Of a stretch of 64,000 bases of DNA, positions 27,251 through 39,240 are shown one piece after another; position 1 is the stretch's first letter, and each line of letters starts with the position of its first letter. This DNA is from Mobula hypostoma. Taxonomy: Eukaryota. A program made the translations under genes and the position numbers. Where the stretch lies: the NCBI RefSeq assembly GCF_963921235.1, contig NC_086097.1, positions 147,190,001 through 147,254,000 on the forward strand, in the 5' to 3' direction. A model generated the notes under the pieces. It saw only the letters and a program-made list of their open reading frames with translations, did not search any database and had not been told where the DNA came from.

Positions 27251-27812
27251 TATTTAATATTTGTCACTGAGAAGGTACAAATGAGCCAATTTTTAACCAC
27301 CACATTAAAAGTATTCTCAAAGGTGATTAGTTAGTTTCAAGGTATGGACCCAATAATGGTTCTGTACCTGAACAGAAAAGGAAAGATTATTTAAATAGCT
27401 GCATTTATTTACCTCATAACTTGCAATAGCATACTCCAAGTTGCCTAAACAGGAATATGTACTGCAGGTAGTGCAGGGATGGCTAATTATACCTCAATTA
27501 GCATATCTTGATGTTAATCTTCAAACGGAGCTTTACTCTATGCCAATCAATCTGCTCTTTTTCCCTACTTTATTGTTTAATTTCTTTTGAAAATTTTACC
27601 AGAGCTCTTTTAACTTATCAATTGCAGTAAAGTGTTCTGGGTCCTATTCGTCCTCCTTGTGAAAACATTTAATGTCACTTTCTCATTCATGATCCACCTC
27701 ACTAACTGTCTCAAAATAATTTGTTGGTGCAGTTTCTCCACAGGCTCATACATTGCTCGAGCTCGATGTTTGCCTGCCTTCATGTTCTTTAGAGCAGATT
27801 CCTGGACAATAC

Positions 27813-27957
27813 CTTCTAGACTTAATTGCCTGCTCCAAAGTGATTGGCAAAGCCCTGTGCAATATAATGTTTCTCCGTTTGCAATTGGCAAGCCCTGCTT
27901 CCAAAATTGCTCCGTGAACTGGTTGAACTCCTCTGTAAGGCTCATTAGCTTTTCAAA
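27813..27957 (-). CDS. Candidate exon of unidentified host gene (FEKLMSLTEEFNQFTEQFWKQGLPIANGETLYCTGLCQSLWSRQLSLE)
   Basis: Acceptor tcttcttgacag; phase-0 open frame; donor AAG|gtattg. The donor is uncertain because the frame stays open to 27610. Confidence 0.45.
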
Positions 27958-28678
27958 CTGTCAAGAAGATTGAACATTTTTTAAAGCCTCAGGCAACCAA
28001 GAACATCCAAAGCTACACAAAACATTAAAATTGTAAACTATTGTCGAACATTTAAGATGACTAAAAATAAAAACAATAGCAAGTGATTTAAACAATTAAA
28101 TGTATATAAGTCACCACATAAGAACAAACAAAAGGAAATTACCTAGTACTTATTCTGCTGCCTGCAGATGTTTAGATTCCTAATTAACATGACTAGGCTA
28201 TCTGAACCGATGCCAGTTTAGCCTGGTGCAGTATCAGCAGGCAAATACCCAGCTTATATACTAGGGCCTCTGCAGATGGTTGTGCTTCTCTGCAGGATTC
28301 CACACAGTTACATCTGTAATAGCAGTTGTTCCTAAGCAGAATTGTTAGTTTCTGATTGATAGATTCAGGCTGTGGTTTTGAGTGTCTTCATTTGTTCAGT
28401 TCCCTAAAGTATACAGCTTCACACTTCCCTTTAATTAATGCGTTTTATTGATTACTTATCATTTTTCTTGCTTTCTGACCATTTTATAGTGAATGTTTCC
28501 TCACAACTGTTAATCTCCTTACATTGATATCATCACCAAATAGTAAAATTCATTTAAAGCCCAGTTTTTCTCCATGAGAAGAAATTGAAAGTTGAAGGAA
28601 TTAACATCATAGAGGCAACAGTTCAAAACACACCCATTTATTTCCAACCTTTTTTTATGTCAATGTGTGTTTTCTTAC

Positions 28679-28726
28679 CGTTTGAAATTCATCCTGGAGT
28701 ATTGATATGATTACTATGATGGTCTC
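28679..28726 (-). CDS. Candidate exon of host gene (ETIIVIISILQDEFQT)
   Basis: Strong donor ACG|gtaaga; weak acceptor gacaacag; 48 nt, phase 0-0, compatible with its neighbours. Confidence 0.35.
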
Positions 28727-29088
28727 CTGTTGTCATCACCAACGGCTGATTTATGCAGGTATTGATGGACCTCACAGATATACAAAATGATCATCAATAC
28801 AAAAACTGGCTTTTTATAATAACCCAACAATTCAAATCTCATAGTTACTGATTACAATTATTTTGCTTTCACATTTTTCGAAAATCACATCAATTTATCC
28901 AACAACATAGTCACAATTAGACACACGTTCACTGGATTATTAGTCCAGTAGCATAATCATGACAACTCTCTCTCTTGACTTTTTCAATAATCATACTACC
29001 ATAAAATCCCTAGATCTGATATTTCCTCTTATTTATTCAAACAGAACTTTCTGCGTAACATCAGTTAAATGACCTAGTCATGATTTAC

Positions 29089-29216
29089 CTTTATAGGTAC
29101 AAGTTTGTAATTTGTGGCTAAACCAAATCTCTCTACATGTTCCCTGATTTCATCCCATAATATAGTCATTCTCAGACTTTGGTTGATGATACCTATTGGC
29201 AGTAGGTAAGATGTGG
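29089..29216 (-). CDS. Candidate exon of host gene (TSYLLPIGIINQSLRMTILWDEIREHVERFGLATNYKLVPIK)
   Basis: Strong acceptor tttctctactttcatttacag, donor AAG|gtaaat; 128 nt, open only as phase 1 to 0. Confidence 0.65.
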
Positions 29217-29274
29217 CTGTAAATGAAAGTAGAGAAATGTAACTTTAGAATTTTATCTACTGATAAGATAATTA

Positions 29275-31285
29275 CCATAAGACCATAAGACATAGGAGCA
29301 GAATTAGGCCATTCAGACTCTCGAGTCTGTTCTGCCATTCCATCATGGCTGATCCCTGATCCCATTCAACCTGCCATCTCACCATATTTTCACATGATCT
29401 GCAACAATTAATATATCAATCGAGTCAGGTTTTATAAACAAACAAACATTTATTGAACTCTGACCAATATTAGTAAAGAAATAAACAAACAAAAATCTTA
29501 ACCAGAAGTAAACTGCTATGCAGCCATTTAACAAACCGCTTCTCAGTACTAGTTCTTAAAGCGATAATGCGAAAACAGTTCTTAAAGTGGTAAATTCAAA
29601 TACAGTTCTTAGAATGGTAAACTCGGAAGTCCAAGAGATTTTTACAGTCAATTAGGAGAGACTTTCCTCAAGTAAAGAATTCCTCGAAGACACGACGTCG
29701 CTGCCGATTCCAGCCGGAACCTGCTTTGTCCGCAGGATTCACGACGACGGAAATAAAACTGTTTAAAGGCACTGACCTTTCCTTCTGGATACTAGATACT
29801 GCACAGCCTTTTCTGCCGCTTTTAGCAGAGGCTATCTCATGCAGATCACTCTTTCTTGAACGAATTCAATAATGTCCAATCTTATCCTAAACTGCCGAAT
29901 GATTCCTTCAGGTTCTCCTCTTCACTCTCCAATCCTACTGAAAAGATACATCAACAAACCTGGCAGCAATTAGTTAAACTGCCGGCCCAACACTTTTGTA
30001 CCTTACAATAGAACATAAAACTCCATTTTAAATCAAAACTGCGTCGCAAGGCAAATACGCAGCGGAGTGGAGTATCTGGCTGACTTTCTCACCAGAAAAT
30101 TGACTGCGTCACCCCAGGGGTCTCCTTTTATACCCGTGGTGAACATGTCATCACGTGACCTCCCATCGGCGGGAAAATTACATCAGGTGACCTCCAAAAG
30201 ACCATTACATCATGGTCATAAGACAGTTACAAGATATCCATGAGATATGTAACAATATCCCTGATGCCCTGACCAATCAGGAATTTATCAACTTCCGCTT
30301 TAAATATACCCATGGACTTGGCCTCCACCACATTTGTAGCAGAGCATTCCACAGTTTCAACACTCTTTGGCTGAAAGAATTCCTCCTTACTTCTGTTCTA
30401 AAAGGTCACCCCTCAACTTTGAGGTTGTGCCCTCTAGCTCTGGATAACCCCACCAGAGGATACATCCTCTCCACACCCACGTTATCTAGTCCTTTCAACT
30501 TTTCAAAGAGATTTCAAATAGGTTTCAAAGAGATCCCCCCACATTCTTCTAAATTCCAGTGAGTAAAGACCCAAAGCTGCCAAACACTCCTGATATGAAA
30601 ATCCTTCACTCCTGGTATCATCCTTGTGAACCTCCTCTGGACCTTCTCCAATGACAACACATCCTTTCTGAGATTAGGCGCCCAAAACTGTTGACAATAG
30701 TTGACAGGCTCCAAGTGCAGCCTGACTAGTGTCTTATAAAGGCTCAGCATTATCTCCTTGCTTTTATATTCTGTTCACCTTGAAATAAATGCCAACATTA
30801 TATTTATCTTCTTTACCATAGACTCAACATGTGAATTAACCTTCTGGGAGTTTTGCACAAGGACTCCTAAGTCCCTTTGCAACTCTGATGTTTAAATTTT
30901 CTCCCCACTTAGATGGTCTGTATAATTGTTCCTTTTACCATAATTCATTAACATACATATCCCAACGCTGTATTCCACCTGCCACTTTTTTGCCCATTCT
31001 TCCAATTTGTCTAAGTTCTGGTACAATTGCATTGCTTCCTCAGCATTACCTCTCCCTCCACCTATCTTGTATTGTCTGCAATCTTTGCCACAAAGCCATC
31101 AATTCCACAATCTAAGTCATCGACAAACAATGTGAAAAGTAGCAATCCCAATACTGACCCCTGAGGAACACCACTAGCCGACCAGAAAAGGCCCCCATTA
31201 TCCCCACTCACTGCCTCCAGCCTGTTAGCCATTCCTCTATCACATGCCAGTATAGTTCCTGTAAGACCACAGGATTTTATTACCT
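29275..31285 (-). mobile_element. CR1 LINE 3' half interrupted by a solo LTR
   Basis: SGVPQGSVLG, AKIADNT, LYKTLVRLHLE; (ccataaga)n tail at about 29275-29295. Confidence 0.85.
29388..30254 (-). mobile_element. Solo LTR (867 bp), same family as 19004-19872
   Basis: ATAT TSD (29384-87, 30255-58); T(T)TCACA...TGTAACA termini; TATAAAA and AATAAA on the minus strand. Confidence 0.85.
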
Positions 31286-31407
31286 GAGACAATGTGCTGA
31301 CCTGTCCATTTCTCTTGAACAGGAACTGTTCTAGTGGTTGCCTCCAGCCTGTTGGAACAGTTCCATCTTTTAAATGGTTTAGAACCTGAGCAAAATGAAG
31401 AAATTAC

Positions 31408-31486
31408 CAGATGAGTGAACCTGTGGCAACAAAGTGAAATACCTGCCAGAAACAGCCGCATTACTTATCAAATCTACAACTTCTAC
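31408..31486 (-). CDS. Candidate exon of host gene (VEVVDLISNAAVSGRYFTLLPQVHSS)
   Basis: Acceptor ccttgactttccag, donor CTG|gtaatt; 79 nt, phase 0 to 1; joins 31613-31658 to 29089-29216 in frame. Confidence 0.55.
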
Positions 31487-31612
31487 CTGGAAAGTCAAGG
31501 ACAGCAGAACATGAGAATGCTTCCAACTTCCATGATTTGAGTCAGAAACATAGAAATTCCCATCTTGTTAACACTCCGAGAGCACAGCAACAGTGAAGAA
31601 AGTGGCCATTAC

Positions 31613-31658
31613 CTTCAAAGGAGTTGAACAATACTGATTGTCATATACTGTATATAAC
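31613..31658 (-). CDS. Candidate exon of host gene (LYTVYDNQYCSTPLK)
   Basis: Acceptor gctaattttcag, donor AAG|gtaatg; 46 nt, open only as phase 2 to 0. Confidence 0.6.
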
Positions 31659-32394
31659 CTGAAAATTAGCAACATCTTCCATTCATATGGCATCTTTAAT
31701 AAAACAAAACATCCTAAAACACTTAACATCAGGATTATCAAACAAAAATTGACCAGATTACAAGTTTGATTTTCAAGGAGTGTCTTAAAAAGAGGAACTG
31801 ATGCGGATTAAAAGCACAAATCTCATGTGTAGAAAGGAATTGGGGAAATTAAGAGGCTGACAGTAGTGTCTGGATAAGCTATTGTTATCTTTTTGGCAGA
31901 TCGGTTCCGATTGCTATATCTAACAGGAGGCGAGGGTTTCAGCAGTGGTTAAATTGGGTCAGGCAGAGAATCAGGGGAAATTAGGTTTAAGATTACTTAT
32001 CTGCTTCAGCTGCAGAGAACTGCCAAGAAGAAGGCTGGCTAGAAAGTAGGGAATATAGCAAAATTTGAAAGGAATGGCTTCTGACTTTATAATAAAATGT
32101 CAAAGAAAATTCCTCCTCATTCAATTTTGGATGTCAGATTCTAGATGTCAGACAAGACATCTGACATTTATGCATGGGTCAAAAGAGGTGGTAATTTAAT
32201 GATGTAAGGCTGGGTATCACAAGCATATGTGGATGCTGACAGTGTGTTTTGTTATGCCAAAGGGCAGAATACAGACATTGAAACGTACAACACAGAAACT
32301 GATCCTTTCAGCCCACCTCATCCATGCCAACTGTGATGATTGTCTGTGCTAATCCTATTTGCTTCTCTATGCCCATATCCCTCTGTGTACATAC

Positions 32395-33150
32395 ATCTAT
32401 TGATGCTTCTGGACACATCTTCAGTGATGTTCCTGGAATCATCGGGTGTTTCCGGTCTTTCAACATCATACAACCTCCTCCAGGTGACCCAGCCGGGGCT
32501 GATCAGACCCCAGCTTGTGTCCAGATGGCTAGCTACTTATGACTCCATGGCTCCCCTCTTTTGAGCCACAGCCATCTTGAGGCCCTCTCTGCCGCATCGG
32601 GGGTACTACAGATGGCTCCCCTCTTCCTCTCTCCCTCGATGCCCAAAATGCTGAAGGCTCTAACTAAAGAACAGGCTATAAATCCCCTACAACCAGCCTC
32701 CACTGGGAGACACCTCGCTCCCCATCCAGCCTGCTGACAGTTACTGACCAGTCCTGCGTACTTGGAGAGCTTCCTTTCAAAGGCCTCTTCCAAGCTATCT
32801 TCCCATGGGACTGTCAGCTCCAGCAGCACCACTTGCTTAGTAGACTCAGACACTCGGACAATGTCTGGTCGCAGGGTGGTGGCTGCGATATGGTTAGGGA
32901 ACTTCAGCTGCCCTTCGAGGTCCACCAACAGCTGCCAGTCCCTTGCAGAGGTCAGAATGCCTGCAGATGTTCTTTTGGCAGGTATTGACAGCTCCCCAGC
33001 TCTGACAAAGGCAATGGTCTGCTTGGAGGGTCGGGACCGCTTCGCCCACTCAACTCCTGTGCTGATGGCTTCAGCGATGGTCTTCAGGACCTGATCATAC
33101 CTCCACCTGTACCGTTCCTCACCAAGTGCCCTTGCACAGCTGCTGAGGAT
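32395..33150 (-). mobile_element. RLE-bearing non-LTR retrotransposon 3' end (HERO/NeSL-like)
   Basis: ILSSC..ALGEERYRWRYDQVL, LRPDIV, VLLELTVPWE, ERKLSKYAGL: restriction-like endonuclease PD..E motif; open for about 200 codons. Confidence 0.85.
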
Positions 33151-33934
33151 AGATATCTTCTTCAAGTATGAGAAAGAGGAGAAAGCCAAGGTTCAGTTTT
33201 GGGGGATACAAGAAGTAAAGGTGAAAGAGCCAAGTGAGAAGCCATTGCAGATGATTTTGTATCCTCTATTGGATGATTATGAACAGAGCCAGATAGAGCA
33301 GCCTCTTAGAGCTGCTTAACAGAGGACAGATGTTGGCAAATGACACAGTGGTCAGAGGATCCAAGCTAATAAAATAAATGTTCCTTTTCAAAGGTTAAGG
33401 GAATTTCTGAACGCTTGTTGAAAATACTTATCGTCTTAATTAAAACATTTTAACTGAAACAACAGATCATGCATAATCCTTGAACTTGGCCTCAAAACAT
33501 GGAAAGTATAGGAGGAGCAAACCATTCAGTCCTTTTGGAGCACACTTTGAAAAATGTTCTCATATTTTTTAACCTTCATAATCAGAGTGGCCATTAACTG
33601 CTAAAATTCAACAACTGAATTTTAATATGCGATTAAAATTTTATAATTTTATATGCGATTTCACAGCTGCCAGTGTTGATGCTTCAGACAAAATACCACA
33701 ATGCATTCTGATAATGAAGCTGTTAATTACAGACATATTTAGTTGGTCTTTAAAATTGTTCACAGCACTTCAAAATTTCTCATAACTGCACATAAAACAA
33801 CTTAATACAGTATACACAATTTGATCAAGGAACTTGCCGCTTACTTCTGACAACTCTAATTTCTCAAGCAACTGCTTAAGGTGTATTTTTAATTTTATAC
33901 CTTAAACCTCCATTGTAGATTATCAAGTCAAATC

Positions 33935-34850
33935 AAGTCTAATCAAACCAAGTTTAATTATCATTCAAACCATACATAGATACAGATGAATGAGACAGCA
34001 TTCCTCTGCAGCTAAGGTGAAAAACATTCAAAATACCAAGCAAACATTCAAAATAGTGAGTAACATAATTCAAAATAGTGAGCAAAGAAGCACATTCACT
34101 CGAAACAAAATACATAGTCCGAGACCCTGAGCATCAATGTCCGGCAATCGATGGTACAGTCTCCCGGCAGTTTACAGACGCATGCAATCTAACCTGCCCT
34201 TCCACCGATGGAACGTGGAAGGGCAGCACCAATGGGAGAGGTCAGGCCCCAGCCGAGCGCAGATGCCACGCTGTAGTACTTCAACGTCTTCTCACCCAGC
34301 TCTGCAGCAGCAGGCAAGCCCGAGGCTTGAGGACTTGTCCTCCCTACAGCCAAGTCTACACAGCTCCTACACAGTTGACTATCCCTCCACCAGACAAGGA
34401 TAACAGGCTAGTGGCAACTTACATTATCACTGTCCAACAGAGTCTTGTGATCGCAAATGAAATGTCCAAGGCAATCTGCCATGGTTATAGTGCACCAACT
34501 CCGATGCTTCCGAGTAGCAGGCTGCAGCCAGGTCAGATCCTCTGTACCCACCCAGCTCCTCTGACAACCTGGCAGGCTCCTCCAATATCCTGACCCTCTC
34601 CTTTCCTGATATCCCAAATGACTCTTTCTCCAACATCCTGGCCAGCTCCTTCAACGTCTCCGCCAGCTCTACAGTTGACACCAGTCCAGCTACTCCGATC
34701 AACGAACAGCTCACAGATGGAATAGCCCTGCAGTACTCAAAATCCTTGGAGTAGAATTGTTTTTGGATTGTAAAAACAACTTTTACAAAGAGAAAAAGCA
34801 CCCTTGGTTGGCCCCCAAGAGGCCACAGCATTTGCAAGCGCTGCCAATTT
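33935..34850 (-). mobile_element. Non-autonomous LINE-derived interspersed repeat
   Basis: (ACTTG)-like tail and Rex-type 3' UTR at about 33935-34030; GC-richer body ending ..GCGCTGCCA; no recognisable protein motif. Confidence 0.4.
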
Positions 34851-36899
34851 ATGTCAAAACTGTCAGTGTCCCTGCCCAACAAAGGCCATTTTAGCAATGC
34901 TGCCTGAAGGAGTTTTAATTCATTCTGCATGAAAAAAATAATTTCAACTCTTTATAATATTTTAATGCAAGACCTGAGATCAACACTGCTGCTGAGAAGA
35001 GCAACTCTACTGCCTTCTCCACTGTGCTGTCTTAGTGTCTATGGAACCTAGAATTCCCAAGTAGTTTCCCATCCAAATGCTAACCAGGCCTGATGCTACA
35101 TAGCTCCCTAAATCTGAAGACATTGTGCATTTTTGAGTTTATATGAAACATCTCAAAAGTAGTTACTTCTATAGATGTAATGCAGCGCTGGAAAAGTCCT
35201 ATACGAAGTATTTTCTTGATGTAATGATAGATAACTTTGTACATAGAGCCGAGACACCGGAAGAGCTTCCTCATCTGGTGCCCATCATTATGGATCCCCA
35301 ACAACCAGGATATGGCCTCTTCACACTGTTAACATCGGGAAGGAGGTATGGAAGCCTGAAGGCACACACTAAGCAATTCAGCAACAGCCTCTTCCCCTCT
35401 AAATGGTCATTGAACTCATGAACAATACCTCACTACTTTTTTATTTCGGTTATTTTACATTACTTACTTTAACATAACTATTTTAACTATTTCTGCTGCC
35501 ATAAAGTTAACGAATTTCATGACATATGCTGGTGATATTAAATCTGATTCTCATCTTTAAATGATGCTATGAAAGCTTTAAAACTGAAGTCAGCACAAAT
35601 GAGGAATCAAGAATTTGTTCCAAACAGACAATTGATCCTATTCTTCTGTGCCATATTCCAGTGCTATCCCCCTTATCGCCTGATTCATTAATGTCCAAAA
35701 ATATCAAAGAGAAAATGAACTGGTTAAATATGCAATAGGAGGCTGATTCACTACTATTTGTCCTACTCCCTTCCTGAAGGTTATGACAAGGTTTCAGTGA
35801 TGGCCCAAGTGCAGAGGGAGAGACATAGACATGGAGCAAACAGTTCTCTGAGTTTTAATTTGAACTGTTCAAACAAAGTAAAATAATAAACACTAAGTCA
35901 ACAGGGCCGCTAACAAAAACCGCTCAAACTAACTGAAAACTAATGCCATCACTGCGGCTGGAAAGGAATAACCTAGAACTAAATTTACATTGCTCCATAA
36001 CGGCGTCTCTCTAAATCATTAATTTTCTTTCCTTACATGGACTAATGTAAGTAAGTCATTGCTATGCTTTGATGAACACTTGACAAGACTGAGACAAAAG
36101 GAAGAGAGATAAGTGTGATAAGCATGATTATTAAGAAACCCTAATTGACTGGAATATGTGTATTCTCACATGCTTGAATTCTGTCATCTTTCAGCTGCCC
36201 GCCTACAAAAGCACCCAGACTCTGTGGCAGTGTCCATTCTTGTGACAAAGCTCCCCCTATAGCTGCATCCTTCAAAGCACAGAAGTCTGTGTCCACTGGA
36301 ATCACAGATGTGAGAATTGTCCAGGATGCGTTAAGTCAGAACCCAAGAATGTTCCTTTGGACCATATCCATACCATTCAAAGAGGTACTGGACACTGCTC
36401 CACACCCCGTGAGATGCCTTATGGAATAGACAGTGGACTCATTCACCAAGTAGGGACAGGGAGGAGACAGAGTGGCTGAGGCAAGTCACAGTTTGAACAC
36501 TAGGGAAACATTCAATGATGATGGTAGTGAAGCCTATAAGAGGCTTGGTTGATAGTCTGCTCCACTACAAAAGGCCCCATATAGTATGGGGCCAATTTAT
36601 GGTTCTGCACTCTCAATGGAAGACCTGTAGATGCCAGCCAGACACTAATCCCAGTCTTAAGAGGCTTCACTTGCTAGCAGAGCCAATCAGCCTGCCAGGT
36701 ACAGTATTTCTGGGTGCTCAGCAGAGAAGCCCTGTCCTGTCTCCACATGCGCTTGGACCAACTGTTCATCAGCAGGGTCTCCCATGTCAACCTCTAGGTC
36801 AGAGAATTCCATTTGGTCTTAAAAGGGGGACATGCCGGTGGAGGATAAATGGAGGTTATTGAGGGCAATCTCTGCCCAACTCAGCTGGGAGGTCCACGT

Positions 36900-37460
36900 T
36901 ATGCAGGTGGAAGAGACAAGGCGGTGCAGTGATTCATTCTCTCAGTCTGGGTGTTAGATTGGAGGTGGAACCTGGTGAGAGGGTATCTGTGAACTGCGAT
37001 CTTTGATCAGGAGCTATGTCCTGAGGGGAGCTTTGCCAGCCTGACCTTGCGCTGAACCATGAGGCCGGCAGACTCACAAGCTGATGTGACCTTGGAGAGA
37101 GCAATGAGGTTTTAGAAAACCAGTCCACAGCAACTACAATGTTAGTGTTCCTGTCTGACAAAATCAGGCCAGTGATGAAATCCATGGGTGATGAGCACAA
37201 GCAATGAGCAGAGCATGCCAATGGGGCACTGACTTGATATCTTGTTCTGGCCACAAGTGGGGCTTGCACAGATGAAGTCATAGGACGTAGGTGGCCACGA
37301 AAATATCTTCTTATAAATTCTAGGGTCCACTGAGTTAAATATGATTCCAAAGGAACCATGTTTGGTTGGAATGTGTGCATTCTCACATGCAACAGTGCAC
37401 AACTCAGCAGCAGTGTCCACAGTTGTGACAGGTTTTTTCCCCCTTCTACCTGCAAGCGTT
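36900..37460 (-). mobile_element. Gypsy (Tf2/sushi-like) integrase remnant
   Basis: PMDFITGL..SDRNT.IVVAVDWFSK and DQRSQFT integrase-core motifs. Confidence 0.7.
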
Positions 37461-38699
37461 ATTGTTCAGAAATAGTGACTGGATTTGCCCACAGTACTCC
37501 CAGTGAGATGTGAGACATAATTTCCAATTACAATTTGAAAATGATCATACTTATTATATCCTAGACAACGAAATCAAAAACTGCCTTTGCAATATTCATA
37601 TTCAAAATGAGAGCAAGTCAAAACGTGGCTAACTATAAGCTACTAAACAATCATAATTGGAAAAAATAGAATCAATTATTAAGGAATTAATAGCAGAACA
37701 TTTGGAAATAAGTATTCTGATGAAGGCTTCAGGAAGATGAAACCTTCAGAACTAAATGACTTCTGTCCAGTGGTTCTGACAGCAATAATCATGAAGTGTT
37801 TTTCAGTGACTGGTAACACATCAAAAACTCCATTCCGGCCACACTGGAGACTCACCAACGTGCTTGCTGACAGAAACAATCTACAACTTATACCATCGCA
37901 TCTGTCATGCTCCTGACCCTGACACACCTAGAAATGAAGGGCTTTGATGTTAGAATGCTGTACCTGGATTTCAGTTCGGCATCCAACACTTGTCCCACAA
38001 ACACTGGTGAACAAACTCCTATTCCTTTGCCTACGTTCAACACTGTCTAACTAGGTGTTGGACTTCCTTGCCAATGGACCTCAGATAGTCAGGATGCCCA
38101 ACCGCTCTTCCCCCTGTATCAGCTGTAAATAACCCACTGCTGTACACTCTGCTCACAAACAACTGCACAGCCAAACACCTCAGCTTTTCCTAGAAATCAC
38201 TGGCAACGCACCTCATATTCCTCCATGTACTGCCATAGGTTGGAATAGTTTCAGCAGAACGGGCAGTAGGTTGTGCTAAGTTCTTGCTTTCTCACCACAA
38301 AAATATAAGAAATAGAAGCAGAATCAGACCATTCAGCCCCCATCCCTGCTCTGCTATTCGAAACCATCATGATTGATCTTTTACCTCAATCCCACTTTAC
38401 TGCACTAGCCACATAGTCCTTGATTTTCTTAATACTGTATATAAAATCTGTTTACTTAGGAAGCTCTCGCATAGAGTATTCCCAAGATTCAAAACCCTGC
38501 AGCTGAAGAAATATCTTCTCATTGCATTTCTGAATGCACCTAATTTTGAGACAGTGATCCCTGGTTCTAGATACCCCAATCCAAGTTAACATCATTCTGT
38601 TAAACTCCATAAGAATTTAATGTATTTTGATTAAATAACCTCTCTTCTAAATTTAAGATAGTCTATTTAATTTTTCTTTCTGGACAAATGTCCCTAACC

Positions 38700-39240
38700 T
38701 TTAGGGAGCTTAAGGTAAATGAACCCTTCAGAGACAGTGAACATATTATGATAGAGTTCACCCTGCAGTTTTAGAGGGAGGAGATAAAGTCTGATGTATC
38801 AGTACTTCAATGGAGTAAAGGGAACTACAGAGACATGACAGAGGAGTTAGTCAAAGTTGATTGGAAAGGATACCAGCAGGGATACTGACAGAAGAGCAAT
38901 GGTTGGAGTTTATGGGAGCAATTTGGAAGGTGCAGGACAGATACATCCCAAAGATGACAAAGAGTTCTGAATGGAGGATGATACAGCATTAGCTGATGAG
39001 AGAAGTCAAAGAAAGCAAAAAAAAAGCAAAAGAAATGGTATATAATATAGCAAAAATTAGTGGGAAATGAGAGGATTGGGAAGCTTTTAAAAACCAATAG
39101 AAGGCAACTAAGAAGCCATAAGAAGAGAAAAGTTGAAATATGAAAGTAAATGACAATACCAAATGGCAGACTAAGAAATGGCAGATGAATTTAATAACTA
39201 GTTTGCATCAGTCTTCACTGTGGAAGACATTAACAGGATG
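38700..39240 (+). mobile_element. CR1 ORF2 internal fragment (degenerate)
   Basis: gagcttaaggtaaatgaaccc / SEHIMIEF region and gcatcagtcttcactgtggaagac (ASVFTVED). Confidence 0.75.

Noticed and set aside
19004..30254. Two co-oriented related LTRs about 10 kb apart read as one provirus
   Set aside because: Each has its own TSD (CCGC/CCAC and ATAT), they are strongly diverged, and no PBS, gag or pol lies between them.
34078..34930. Overlapping 167-171 aa ORFs on both strands
   Set aside because: They fall within a GC-richer interspersed repeat, with no domain signature or splice support.
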